64,000 nt of DNA from assembly GCA_965112735.1 (NCBI GenBank), contig OZ218955.1, positions 434,001 to 498,000 on the forward strand, given 5' to 3'. The position numbers and the translations under genes are program-made. The notes under the pieces were generated by a model that made no database searches, was not told the DNA's origin, and saw only the letters and a program-made list of their open reading frames with translations. This DNA comes from Phaeosaccion multiseriatum (lineage: Eukaryota; Protista; Ochrophyta, other classes). This document shows, piece after piece, positions 48,638 through 61,999 of the stretch (positions are counted from its first letter, which is position 1; each line of letters begins with the position of its first letter).

Positions 48638-51600
48638 TCATATGTCATTGGGCGGAAAGGACAATGAGGGGAGTGACGGCAGGCGGAGGCGTGTGACTGG
48701 ACTCGAGCTCCTGCTCCTCCGTCGACTCCGGTCCGCCTCCGCCTCTCCCCATCCACTGCCATCCCCTCCCCGGCCCTCCCCGCCGCCATTCATAGTGTTG
48801 TTACGTAGGCTGCCTTCCTCCTCTCGCTCCTCTAGGCTTCCTTGTCTGTTGTCCTTCTCTCCCCCGCGAGGAGCCCCAGAACAGCACTCCTCATCCCGTG
48901 CTGTATCGCTAACGCCACCACCACCTGCTCCCCCCGCTGACCCAGCATCCACTGCCATCCCCTTTCCCTTGCCCCCCCCTCCTCCTCCGCCGCCGCCGCT
49001 GCCGAAGAAAGCTGATATCATCGAAGCCGCCCTGCTCCCCCGCTCCTCCCCGTCCCCTCCTCCTCCTCCTCCTCCTCCTCCTCCGTCGAAGGCTTGATGA
49101 CTGCCTTCACTGTTCCCGCTTGTCGCCCCCGATCTCCGCGTGACCCACCCGTTCCCACTACTGCCCCCCTCGCAACTGCCGTTACTATTTGAGGCCGGCA
49201 CAACGGCGATGGGTTGCACATACGGACTCATCAACGGCGGAGTGCGCTGTGTGTGGTCATAGCTGCTGTAATCCCCGTACTTCTTCGCTCTCCCCACGGC
49301 GGACTGACGCTTCATCTCCTGCCGCACTTTCAACAAGAGCGGGAGCAGAAACCTTGCCGACACCGCCATGAGGAGCAACAATATGGCACCTCCCCACAGG
49401 GACACGTGTTTCATCTCCTTCGCCAGCCAGCCCTGGTCCTCCTGCCGCTGAGCGCCATCCCCCTCCTGCTGCTGCTGTTGCTGCTGCTGCTGTACCACCA
49501 ACTGCAGCGGCTTGGGACCTTCCCCCCGCACCCAAGCAATGTCCTTGGCTAGTGCTGACTGTGCGGCAGCAGCTGCCCTCTTGGCCGTCTCACCGGGCCC
49601 TGCTGCGGCCGCTCCCCCTCGCAGGCCGCCATGGCCGACCAGCCTCTCACCCCAGGCATCGCACCAATACTCCTGCTGCAGCCACTCATACACGGCATCT
49701 TCGTCCCACACGGGCTGCCCATAGCTGGTGTGAGGGGGGTCTCCTCCGACTCCTGTCGGGCCCACCCAACAAGACGGACACTGCGCGGGCTGGGGCACGG
49801 AGTGGAGGTAGAGCTCTGAGTCGTGCACGTGTTGGTGCTCCGAGGCAAGGCGCTGATTCACCTTGTTGTGAGCACGCCACACCCACAGAGCGAGGTCACG
49901 ATAGCACTCTGCATGAGTTTGAAGGGTTTGGAGGGGGTGGGAGGGGACAGTGGATGAGATGCCGAATTCAGTTCAAGTTGGGCAGTCGTCAGTCAAGTCC
50001 AGTCCAAGTCCAGTCAAAGAGTGTATAGAGCAACTCCCTCTCCCTCTCCCCCTCCCTCCTTCCTGCCTTCCCTCCGTTCCTCCCTCCATCTTTCCCTCCC
50101 CCCCTCCCTCCCTCCCTTCAGTCCTTCCCTCCTTCCCTCCCTCCCTTCCTTCCTTCCTCCCTCCCTCCCTCCCTTCAGTCCTTCCCTCCCTCCCTCCCTG
50201 TGTGTCTCTCTCTCTCACCGTCTGTAGGCTTGATGAGGCAGCGTCCGTTGTCGCAAAAGTCGTACATGGTAAGAAAGTGGGTGCGACACACTTGGCAGCC
50301 AAAGAAGTGGTCAACCAACACGCGTATGGTGTGCATGACGGTGTGCGGACTCGGCCGATGAGGGCTTTGAGACACGCTCATAATGTGGAACATCTCCTGT
50401 TGAGGCAACACATTGATGAAAGGGCGTATGCATGTGTGAAAGAGCGGACTAAGATCAAGTAACCTCTCTCCCCTCTCCCTCTCTATCTGTCCCGCTCCTT
50501 CTCTCTCTGATCTTCTCTCTCTCCCTCCCTCCCTCTCTCTCTTTCTCCCTCTCTCTGTCTCTCTCTCTCTCTTCCACTCACCCATAGCCCCGACGAGAAG
50601 GCTTCCCCGTCGAAGGAAGGTCCCTCCTCCAGTGCCTTTGCCGGCCACACCACGCCTTGCTCGAAGTGTCTTGCCTCCCAAGCCTTGAGGTAGCTCTGTG
50701 CGGCAGGGGGAGAAGAGGGGGAGGGGGGGCAGCTCAGCATGTGAGTTGGAGTTTTGAGGCGGAGTATTGCAATGAGTTTGCCGCCCCCATCGACTGCCAT
50801 CTCCCTTATCACCTCGAAGGCCGGTCCGTCTCGCAAGGCTGCATCCTCCTTTACAGCAGTCGCCAGCTGTTGAAAGGCCGGGCCCGCCGCTCCGGCCCCC
50901 TGGGGAAGGAGGTGCGCAGCCACTGACGTCAGAGTCAGTAGCGCGTCTGTGGGCAGGGGGAGAGGGGCGCGGAGGGAGAGGTGTGTCAGAGAGAGAGAGA
51001 GACTCAAAGAGGCGGGAGGCGGAAGGGGGGAGGACAGAGGAGGTAGGCCAGAGAGCGCGAGGAGGGAGCGGGCATAACACGCTTTTGTATTGCTCCAGGT
51101 CAAGAGCGAAACCGACACTGCAACCAAACCGACACTGTAACTGAAACCGTGGGGAACGACAAGCACTTACCGTAAGTGTCCTGTGCCAAAGGCTTTGTGT
51201 TGCTCACAAACACGTTCTTGGCCAAAGCGAAGCGCAGTGAGCTCGTGGCATCCACCAGGCGGAGGTCACAGCTTGGAAACCGAGACGAGCCTCCCCCGCC
51301 TCCTTCGTGCCCACTTGCCCGCCCGTCCTTGCCCTTGCTCTTGCCCTTGCCAGTGTCGTTGCCGTCAGCGTCGCCCCCTCCCCCCCCCACCTCCCCGTTC
51401 CCGTCTCCGCCCCCTCCCGCCGCGGAGGTGGGGCCCCCTTCTACTGCCATCCCCCCCGCCCCCCCGTCCCTCCTCTCCTCCCTCGTCTCACCCTCCTTGG
51501 CCAATGCGTCGTCCACCCAGTCAATGAAAAAACTCGCCGAGCTCCCGTGCCCCATGGGCTCAAAGAGTTTGTCCATATGCTTCCTTATGTCGAAGTCGTG

Positions 51601-52846
51601 GTTGAAAGCGCCCCCTCCTCCTCCTCCGTCTTCGTCTCCTTCCTCTCCCTTCGCGGTCCTCCTCTGGAAGGGGGTGGAGGCGAGCAGGCCGGGGAAACCC
51701 TTGATGCCCATGTCACCGCAGAAATCCCTATTCCTCACACAATTCACGGCCCCCACGCGCACGCTCCCACCGTTGGAGAATTTCTTGCCCACCTCGATCC
51801 ACTTGGGGGGGGAAGGGGTCCAAGGAGGAGGAGGATGAGGAGGAGGGTGAGGAGAAGGGTGAGGAGGAGGAGGAGGAGGAGGAGGAGGAGGAGGGTCCAA
51901 GGAGGAGGAGGATGAGGAGGAGGAGAAAGAGGAGGACAGACGAAGCGAGCAGCGAGCGAGAATGGCAGTGAGGAGGGAGGTGGGAACGACGAAGGGGGGG
52001 GGGGGGGGACTGTCGCTTGCTGAACAGGCCACACTACGGCCAAAGTCCTTTACAGGCGACAATCCCACCAGCAGGGGCATATTATGTTGAAATCCCTCCC
52101 ATCCTTCCTCCACATACACCCCCCACAAAGTATCCTCCCACTCACACGACGCCACATACCGTGCTCTTGAAGTGCTTGCAGTGGCCGCACCACGGCGCGT
52201 AGAAGTTGAGGAGCCAAATGTCGCCGGCGTAGGCGGGGTCCGAGAGCCCTTGCTCGAGGTTATCGCGCGTCAATTCCTCCACAAAATTCGCCCCCTCCGC
52301 CGGTCCGAAGGCCCCAAAGAGGTCGGGGATCCCGTCCTTGTGCACGTCTGCCGCCGCGAGCGCCCTCTGCCTGGGTGCCAAGGCGTCTCCCTCCCCCTCC
52401 TCCTCATGTTCCCCCTCCTCCGCCTCCTGCTCCTCGACTCGGGAGCCCTCTTCCTGGGGTCTACCCTGGAGGCCCCTCTGGCCGACGTTCTGCATATCAA
52501 TGCGGCGGGGGCTGCTGCCTCGCTGCTGCCCGCTCTGCCTCCCCTCTGCAGCACCAGCACCAGCAGTACGGGAGCCAAGCCAAGTCTCGTGCATGTCGCT
52601 TCCGCCGCTGGGCGCCTGTTGCGGGGTTTTTAGCTGCCCAGGCGCCTGGTCCAGCGCCTGGCCGAAGCCAACGACGTCTTGTCCCTGCAGTGGGACCAGC
52701 AAGGGCAGCGCCACCACGAGCACGAGGACCAAGGGCAGAACAAATGTAAAGGTTTGGAACGGCCCGCGAGGTGTCGAGCGGGACCTCAACGGATGCCGAC
52801 GACGACAGTGGCATCGCTGCTGCTGCGGCTGCTGTTGCTGCTGCAT
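48638..52846 (-). CDS. QSOX: Quiescin sulfhydryl oxidase (thioredoxin plus Erv/ALR), membrane-anchored, about 6 exons
   Basis: Exons 52846-52160, 51801-51171, 50946-50813, 50695-50582, 50396-50219, 49908-48638. FYAPWCGHC, VGAVNC, GLW-EMFH, HFFGCQVCRTHF, LWVWRAHNKVNQRL, CPSC, WDEDAVYEWL; N-terminal hydrophobic segment and C-terminal TM. Confidence 0.9.
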
Positions 52847-53242
52847 CAGCGAAGGTCCAGCTAACTTCGCCAGCCTCTCCTCCTTCGGGTCGTCAGCTGT
52901 TAGAAGCTCTTTGTGTTCCTGTCTCCTGCGCCGATGGAGAGCCGAGAACAAATGCCTTGACTCCACTGACAGCCTTGCAGATAGGAAGCCGCACTAATTC
53001 TTTGTTAGCCTTCGTCAGGCTCCCTCTGCGGAGCAGGCTTTTTTATTGTTCGCCACGAGGCAAACTCCAAACTGCAAACTCAGACGGAAGCCCCTGCTCG
53101 ACAAATGAAATCGGGCTCCTCTAGTTTTGCTGGCTGGGTATGGCTCTATGGCTCTCTTCATCTCTATTAAGCCCACCAGCCTCTGTCATCGCCGTCCTCT
53201 CCCTTCCTCTGCTGCTTGGTGGGGCCACATCCTTCTATTATT

Positions 53243-56024
53243 ATGGCGAAGGGCCCGCCGAAGCGAGGACCGAATGTGAAAGCCAACAAGGCGAAGGCGA
53301 AAGGGGCTGGAGCAACGGCAGAAGCAGCAGCCGCCGCTGCGAAGGCCAAAGAGGACAAAGAGAGCAGCACGAGTGAGGGAGGGAGCGACAGTAGTGGTGA
53401 CGACGAGGAGCAGGAAGGAGGAGGCGCGCTGAGTGGAGGAGCTGGAGCCGCAGCAGCTGCAGCCGATGGCCAGGAGGAGGGTGGCGGTTGGTCGTCCGAG
53501 AGCGACGACGAGGGCAAGGGCAAAGGAGCGCCCGCAGGGATAGCTGCTGCTCCTCCTGCGCCGGTAGCTCCTGCCCCAGCTGACAGCAGCGATAGCAGCG
53601 ATGGGGACAGCAGCAGCAGCAGCGATGACGAGGAAGAAGGCCAGGAATCAACCCCACCAGCAGCAGCCAAAGCCCCGCCTTCCCCCAAGAAGAAGCCAGC
53701 GGCGGCTGCGAAGGCGAGCAAGGCGGCTGCGGCACCAGTGGCGGTACCAAGCGCAGCAGCACAGCAGGTAAGGGAGGCCGGCGGGGGGGCTTGCGTCCCA
53801 ACAGGGTACACATGCGAGAGAGTAGAGATAGACGGCGATAAACGGCGCCTCGGCCTCTGCTCTCCTCCGTTGGCGCACTCTGATCTGCCTTCTGCGAACC
53901 TGGCATCTGGTCACGAGCACACACCTATCCACGCTTTTGTGATGATAAATGGGGGGGTCAGTGTCTCTCACCACCACCGTGGCTAAGACTCCCCCCCCCC
54001 CTCTCCTCTCCCCCCTCTACATCTTGCTGCTTCTGTCTCTTGTCTTGCTCGGTGTGTGCGTGCGCGTGTCCTGTGTGGCGGGTGCAACTTTCTCCTGTCG
54101 GCGGGCAAGCAGAGTGGCAGCGACAGCGGCAGCAGTAGCGACGAGGAGGAGGGGGAGAAGAAGAGCAAGACTAAGCACAAGAAAGCTCCCACTGGAGCTG
54201 TAACAAGCGAGGCGGAAGAAGAAGAGGATGGAGAGGAGGGAGGAGAAGGAGGGGAGGTCAAGGAGGACAGCAGCAGCGCCTCGGAGAGCGAGCAAGACGA
54301 AGCGGTCAAGAAGAGCGAGACGCAGCTCCAAAGCGAGCAAATCGTCAAGCTCAAAGCCTCTCTCAAGGACATGAGCACCAAGTTCTCAGAGGCAAGGTTG
54401 CTCACCCTCTCTCAGGTGAGTGCATCTAGAGTGGGCATGAGTGGGCATGAGTGGGCATGAGTGGGCATGAGTGGGCATGAAAGGGCAGGCGCGGGGAGGA
54501 GGGAGAGGGGCGGGCGATTGTTTGGTTGATTCAGTCATTCGTTCATTCCCACCCATATATGCCTACCTCAGCGCCGATGGATCGAGCAGAGGAGGAGCTT
54601 GGCGTGGGACAATGAGGGGTGCTTGTGTAACTCCACTGGACGTGCATCGATATTGATGTTCGAATCTCCACGCCCGCTGTGACTGACCGCCTCCTCTCGC
54701 TTCGTCCTTGCCCCCCCCCCCCCCCCTCCTCCTCCTCCTCCTCCTCCTCCTCCTCCTCCTCCTCATATTTGGTATATCTGCAACAAACACACAACAGGGC
54801 AAGATCCTGAAAGCCAATGCCACGACTCTGAAGGCCAAAGACCTTGACGTGAAGGCGAAGGATCAGGAAATCCTCGCTAAGGACTCGCAGATTTCACTCG
54901 CAGACAAGGTGAGAAAGAGCTGCTGGAGCGTATCGATGTATGTATGCTACATATAATGTATTGTATATAATATGTGTACTCGATATGTGCGATATTGACA
55001 CTCTGTGTCTCTGTCTCTGTCGCTGCTCCCCACGACCTCCCCGCGTGCCCATCGCAGATGGTGGCGACTCGAGACAAGAGCCTTGCCGCGAAGGACAGAG
55101 AGCTCAGAGCCGCACTCAAGGAGAAGGACAAGCTCAGACGGGCACTCACACGCGCCGAGAAGAAGCTCGGCGTGGAGGTTAGTGACGCTGTTTGTGGGGT
55201 CTCGTTAGGGGCCGGTGGGGATTAGGTATGTAGAGGTCATCTTCTTGGGGGTGGATGTCGAGCAGGTTAGACCGATGAAGGATACGGGGCCGGTTGTGAG
55301 ATAGAGAGAGGGCGGGTGTGAGGGCAAGGCGGACATCACCTCGATGGGCCGTCCCAACTCCCCCACTACGCACCCACGCACACAGTGTGCAGTGAAAGGA
55401 TGTGGCCTTCGCTTGATCTGTACTTCTGCTGATCTCTCCCCGTGTGTGCAGACCACGGCTGAAGGAGGAGCCAAGAAGAGAAAGAGAGCGCCCGATGATG
55501 GCGCGGAGTCCGGCGCAGCAGTTGGTGATACAGCAGGGGCAGAAGGGTCAGAAGCTCCTGCGAAGAAGAAGCGGAATCGCTCCAAGAAGCCGCCTGTACC
55601 ACCAACTGCTGCAGTTACAACAGAGAACGGTGTGACGGTACCGGTGGTAAAGAAGAGGGGCCCGGGCCGGCCCTCCAATGCGCAGAAAGCCGCTGATGCC
55701 GCCGCTGCGGCCGCTGCTCTGGCTGCTGCATCATCAAGTGCCGCTGCTGCTGCTGCTCCCGACACGCCCTCGGCGGACGCTGGGGCGGCGGCTGCAGCTG
55801 CCTCGGCTCTTAAGAAGAGCAAGAAGAAGAAGAGGAAGGAGGCGGAAGCGGCGGCTGCTGCGGCATCAACACAACCCTCTTCAGAGGCAGCCCCGGAGTC
55901 GCCAGCACCACCCTCCGGAGACGCATCCGGAGCAGATGGGGATGCAGGAGCAGCTCCGGCGACGTCGTCCAAGAAGAAGAAGAAGAAGAAGAAGAAGAAG
56001 GAGGAGGAGGAGGAGGACAAGTAG
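53243..56024 (+). CDS. Hypothetical nuclear protein: acidic/Ala-Lys low complexity, coiled coil, AT-hook-like motif, 5 exons
   Basis: Exons 53243-53767, 54113-54415, 54798-54908, 55058-55177, 55452-56024. Heptad (L/V)xAKD repeats, KKRGPGRPS AT-hook-like motif, several basic NLS-like clusters. Confidence 0.7.
54431..54480. repeat. 10-bp intronic tandem repeat (gtgggcatga) x5
   Basis: Direct reading. Confidence 0.9.
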
Positions 56025-56084
56025 TGAGAAATTGGGGAAGGGGGGGGGGGGGGTTCTGCCGATGGGTTACAACACACAACATAT

Positions 56085-56119
<35 letters not shown>

Positions 56120-56840
56120 CCGCGTGCATGGAAGGAGGGGGAGAGGTAGAAGGAGGGAGAGGAGCCAATCGTAGTGAGAAGGGAGTTGCTCACGCGGGTT
56201 GAAATGGAGCCGATGACACAGACGGGGCGAGGGGCCGAATCGAACGCGCTCTCTGCTCAGGGGCGGGGAACAAAGGGCTGAGCGTCCCTGCGGATGGTGG
56301 GCGAGTGCATCAAGTTAAGTTTGCCAAGGTAAGGGAGAAACCAATGGTGCCGAAGAGAGAGAGGGGGGGGGAGGGAGGAAGGAAGCGAGGGTACCTTTTT
56401 CTTTTTCCGTAGTACTAGGTGCTATCAAGGGAAGGTTTTTGGCTCGAATGATCGATTCCTCTTTCCTCAATTTCTAAACTACGACCAAACGCTTCTCTGT
56501 CCAACAAAGAGGGGAGTGTATTATCTTGCCTTCTCTCCACCTCGCTTGTCCTCCTCGGCTCCTAAAATTGAAATTGTGGACTCAACCAGGAGAGAGAGAG
56601 CATTCTATTCCAAAGAGACAGCAGTACGCGGCCTCATTCCGCACAAAGACATTTGAGAGTACTTCAGTACTTCGTAGTATGAATGACATGTTATTCCTTC
56701 GAAACAGACCCTCCTGCACTCCACGGCTGGTGCGTTCCCATGCGTCTCCTCCCTCCCTCCCCCCTTCCCTACCCTTGCTGGACCCCCCGACAGCACTCCC
56801 TGAGTCATCTCTCGTCGATTCGCTGCCTCAGTCACCTCTC

Positions 56841-59375
56841 TCAATCCTCCTCCTCCTCCTCTCCCTCAGGCGGGTTGGGGTCGATAAGTAAATCCGCCGC
56901 TTCCGTGAGGGGGTTCTCCCCTGCCTCCTCCTCCTCCTCCTCCTCCGGCGCCCACTCCTTCATGATGGCTGGGGGCAGCGAGGGCTGATACGGCGCTGGC
57001 ATGAACTTCACTCCATCGCCCACATAGACATTGGTAAAGTGGTTACCGTATGCCACTCCGTAGGCGCCCGGCCACACCAGACTTTTTGCCACAACCATGC
57101 TGTTGGAGGTCTCTCCGCCGCCCCCCGGGCACACCCGGAAGCCCCAGGAGCCCTCGTCGTCGTCTGCGAGGCTGCGGACGGGCTCCACCTGGCAAGAGGA
57201 AAGGGGGGGGGGGGGGGGGGAGGGGAGAGGGGAGAGAGAGAGAGTCACTTCATAGCTTTCCAAAACGGATCACACACACACACATACACAGACATTTATT
57301 CTCACAGAGAGAATCCTTCTCCCTGCCCACCCCACCCTACTCCACCCACCTACCTACTCACCCACCCTACCCACCTGCTCGGGCGCGTCCTCCGGTTCAA
57401 TCTCGTTGCCCTCCTCGTCCGTCTCGAGCGGCATGGGCGTGTTCCTGCCCAGCACATTGACCTCCATCTCGTGATGCGTCCACCCATCCAGTGCGTTGAG
57501 CTCCTCCACCGGCTTGGGGAAGCGCTCTCCAATGGCCTCGGTCTCCGCGAGCTTGATGGCCGGGGTTTCTGAGTCCTCATCCAGCTCAAAGAAGCCCGCC
57601 GGGGACACGCAGGTGCTCGCGGTGATGCGTGCGATTTGCGCGCGAAGGAGGTTTTTCTCTGTGGGTGGGGGGTGGGTGCGTGGGTGCGTGCGTGGGTGCG
57701 TGCGTGCGTGCGCGCGCGAGAGTGAGTGAATGGAAAGGCAAAAGAGGAGGGTGCCGGTGGCAGTGGCTTCCGGGCAGCTCAAACGACCACACTTCTCGCG
57801 ACCACAGAGAAGAAAGGGACCCTACTGACTGATTGACCGACGAACTGACTGATCGACTGATTGACTGTTTCTCTCTCCCTCTCCCTGTCTCTGTTTCTGA
57901 GGTGATAAGCCCCCTCCTCTGTCCGGACAGATGTAACGGACGGACGGGAGCGAGAGTGACGTACTGACTGACCTGTTCCCTGGAAAGGGGGGTAGCCCGG
58001 CACCGCCGCCTCTAAGTCTCCCGTGAAGAAGCGCTTGATGAGACGGGCCTGTACAATTTGCGCTTGCTTGACGGGGGGGAGCTCCACCCAGGGCTGGCCT
58101 GTCGTAGCACAAGTCACCCAGTAGGTGTAACGGTTCACGCCCCCCACGCCCTCCATGGTGCTCTCGTCAATCTCTGCGATAGGGGGTTGGTCGGGGTGGG
58201 CATGAGTGAATGAGGGGGGAAGGATGAGCGTGCGGGTGACAACTTGGATCACATAGCAGGCTTGGTGGGGGGACATGAGGGAGGAACTGGAAACACGCTC
58301 TCTGCGTGAAAGAGCGACATCGACTCTTGTACCAGAGAGGCCGGGATCGTGGCGTTTTGAGGGCAACACACTCGCTCTCTCACTCCCCCTCGCTCTCTCT
58401 CTTTCTTTATCGCCCTCTCCCTGTCGCTCGCTCGCTCTCGCTCTCCCTTTCTCCCTCTCTCTCCTTGGTCTCATCCTTTCTCCCACCCCTCCCCCCTCTC
58501 CACCCCTCCCTGCTTGGCCTGTAGTACCGCCCCCTACACTCACCTGCTACTGTTTCGTCCAGTGTCCGCCCCTCCACGATGAGATAGGTGCCCTTCCGAT
58601 GACTAATCTGACCCCAAAAGCGGATGGTCTGGTGATCTGCTGGCAAAGTCTCGCCTGGAGGGGGGCAGGGGGGAAGAGAGACAGAGCACATCGCACTTAA
58701 GAACTAGTCTCATGCTTTGGCTACGATGTACCTGCAAAGCCTCGGCCCCTCACGCTTTCTGCAAGCCTTAAATTACCCCTCGCCTGGGGATGGACATGGT
58801 TTCAGGCACGTGTGCCTTTGATTTTCGCTGTTCCATGGGGAGATTTGTCCTGTCTCACCTAACTTCTTGATGGCGAGAAACAGGCGGTAAGTCTCCAAAC
58901 GGCCCAGCGACACCCCTGCCCACTCCCACATGCCAGCCTCCTCCATCATGTCCGGAACGGTTACTCCTCCCTCGGGCTCTTCATCGGGACGTGTGAACAG
59001 CGCCTGCAAGGGGTGGCAATCGTGGGAGAGCAGAGGCGTGAGGGACAAGTCTCATGACGACGGCGAGGGACTCCCCCCTCCATCCCGAGACGTCAACCCA
59101 CCCATCCATCCACCTACTCATCCACCGACCTGCGATTTGGCGGCCCAGTCCAACTGTGCCTTCTTGGCTCTCTCCTTGGACACAGTGGCCACCTCGGGCG
59201 CCAGCTTGGCCTTCTTCTCCTTGACAGCCGCGCTAATGGCCTCAAACGCTTCGCTAGCATTGGCGGGCTTGTCGATTACAAGCTCGAGCAGCGTCTCTGT
59301 GAGGTGGTCGTACAAGCTGACGCCATCGCCGCTCTCTTTCTTGAGGAAGGCCAGCGCCTCCTCAGTTTTCGACAT
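56841..59375 (-). CDS. RSPH4A: Flagellar radial spoke head protein 4/6, 6 exons
   Basis: Exons 59375-59130, 59003-58859, 58654-58544, 58173-57973, 57658-57375, 57188-56841. [63 protein letters not shown]. Confidence 0.93.
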
Positions 59376-59815
59376 GGTTCGACCGCGAGGGTAGGTCGGC
59401 CTGTCCAGGCAGAGGAGCGCTACTACTCCTGCTTACTGCCGCACCTCCTCCTCCTCCTCCTCCTCCTCCTCCTCCTTCTCCTGATGCTGGTCCTGATGCT
59501 GCTCCTACTCCTCCCTTTGATGCTCCTTTGTCCTGCTCCTGCTGCTGCAGCCGCCGCGTGCCAGCCGTTACGGATTCGTAAGTCAACGAGTGGCCTGATG
59601 ACCCACACGGCTGAAAAAATTACAGGCCGGCCCATAAAAAAAAAAAAAAAGGGAGGGATTCCGTTAGATGGGACATAGACATAAACTTTTGGGTACAGTA
59701 TCAAAGCCAACTTTCCAACAAAGTCTCGAGACTCACTCTCTCTCTATCTCCTCTGTGAACTCCATACAGTGCAGTACACGCACGGAAAGAGGAAGAGAAG
59801 AGAAGGGGGTTAATA

Positions 59816-61965
59816 ATGACGAGGGAGTGGATACCACGTTCTCAAAGGCAAGGCAACATTGAAGGACGGCCAGAAGGGGGATGGGGCACGGATGCTGATA
59901 TATTAAGTGCCAGCTCCGAGGCAGACAAGGGCATGAGTTTCCGCGAATGGCAGAGGGTCTATCTCGGGAAGGAGGTCGGGGATGACAGGGTAGAACAGCA
60001 GCAGCAGGTAGGGGGAGTTGCACCGGTCAATGGCAGTCAGTGCTTGCTTGACTTGCCCCGGCTTTCTGCGAGCAACTGCTCTGAAAGTAATAAGTTAAGG
60101 AGCTCGAGCATGTGCTGCGGCATTTCCGATGCTGATCCTCCCACCGGCGGTGGTCGCGGAGGAGGAGTATCGAGGGGCAGAAGAGGGGGGCTCGCAGCGA
60201 AACGCGCCTTCTCTAATGCTTCTATTCAGCAGCAGCAGCAGCAGCAGAAGCAGTCGCAGCAGCAGCAGGGATGCAACTCCCCTACTGAGTTCGCGAGGCG
60301 CTTCTTTGCGAAACTCAAAGGAGGGCACGTGGACCCGCCTCGACGGTCACGTCTGAGCATCGACACTGGCGCGACTGCATATGACGGTGGCCACGGGCCG
60401 CCAGAGGAGGGTTCGTCAGAAAGCTCCTCGGTAGCGACGCCAGCGACATATCGCCCACGGTCCTCGCTGAGGCTGAAGCAGGGCGGCAGCGCGAACAGCA
60501 TGACCACTCTGGGCAGCAGCACGGAGGACCACCCCCCTTCTGCAACCACCGCCGCCGCTGGCACTCTTGCTGCCCCCTTTTCAACCCTCTACGACGAAGT
60601 TGAGGCATGCGCAGTGATGCTGATGGGGCGGGCCTCGTCCAAAGCGCTGCGCGTGTCTGCGGAGTACATGCGCATGATGCTGGCGTTGACGCACGGCGAG
60701 GGGCGAGTGCTCGTGGTACTGGAGGAGGAGGAGGAGGAGGAGGAGGAGGAGGAGGAGGAGGAAGAAGAAGGGAAACCTGAGGATGATAGCAACTGTGATG
60801 GGCAAGCTGCCAGGTCTTGCAAAGAGAAGAAAAGTAGCGGCAGCAGCACCAATTGCAGCAGCAGCCTCAGCAGCAGAGGCGTGGAGTTTATGACGGCCAA
60901 GCAAGCCTGTGTGGACAAGAGTCATTGGCCGTTCCGCGTGCACTTGCGCGTGCCTGCGGCTGCTCCTTCGGCGGCGTCTTCATGTTCTTGCTCAACAAAG
61001 CCTACTGGGACAAAGATGATGATGCTGAAGAAGAGGAAGAAGAGTGAGAAGGGCACTTGCGAGGAGTGTAGGAGGAGTGAGCAAGCCGCTACAGCGACAG
61101 AAAGAGGGCAAGAAGAGTGGAAGGTTATCTCCGTGGAGACACTCTTCATTGAGGAAGGGGTCGAAAGGCTGGAGGTGCTGGGGGCTCGCGAACAGCAGCT
61201 CTGGACGGCGAAGACGACGACAGGAGCAGCAGAAGAAGCACCACAGGAGGCGCCGGAACAAGGAAGAGCCAACGAGGTAGTAGAGGAGGTCACAGCGAAA
61301 CAGAAGGCGCTGCCTTTGGCCGTGCTAGGATTGACGAGAAGGGTCAGCCGATGGACCTCCACACGGGCTCCTCACAGACGGGGGGCGGAAGTGAAGCGGA
61401 GCAAGACCAAGGACGGTCCTGGAAGTGCTACTGAGGATGAGGACGGCAAAGGCGACGAAGGCGAAGGGCGTGGTGCGCAGGGTGTTTCGTCTGCGCCCCC
61501 TGTGACGGTCATAGATGCTGAGTCCTTCAAGCATGACCAACAGCCGGAGGATTATAACGAGAAGAAGAATGAGGAGGAGGAGGAGGAGGAGGAGGAGGAG
61601 AAGAAGAAGAAGAAGAACAAGAACAAGAACAAGAAGAAGAAGGAGGAGGAGGAGGGACGTGCGGATCAAGCCGGAGAGGGGGCAAGGGAGCAAGGGGAGC
61701 TGGGGAGTGGCCTGGAGCAGGGTCATGTCGAAGTCGATGTCGATACCGATGTCAATGTCAAGCCGATACACTCCTTTGCGAGCTTCGTCGTGGAGGGCGG
61801 GGCCCAGATGCAGACGGATGCGACGGTTTCGAGTGCGTTTGTGGGTGTGCACGAGAGCATGACCGCCATCATCTCCCGCCACCGCCTACTGGAGGCCTCC
61901 GTTGTGTTGCATCAACTCACCGCCCTGCTGGAGCGAGACTTGGAGAGGAGCCGATTACAGCAGCA

Positions 61966-61999
<34 letters not shown>

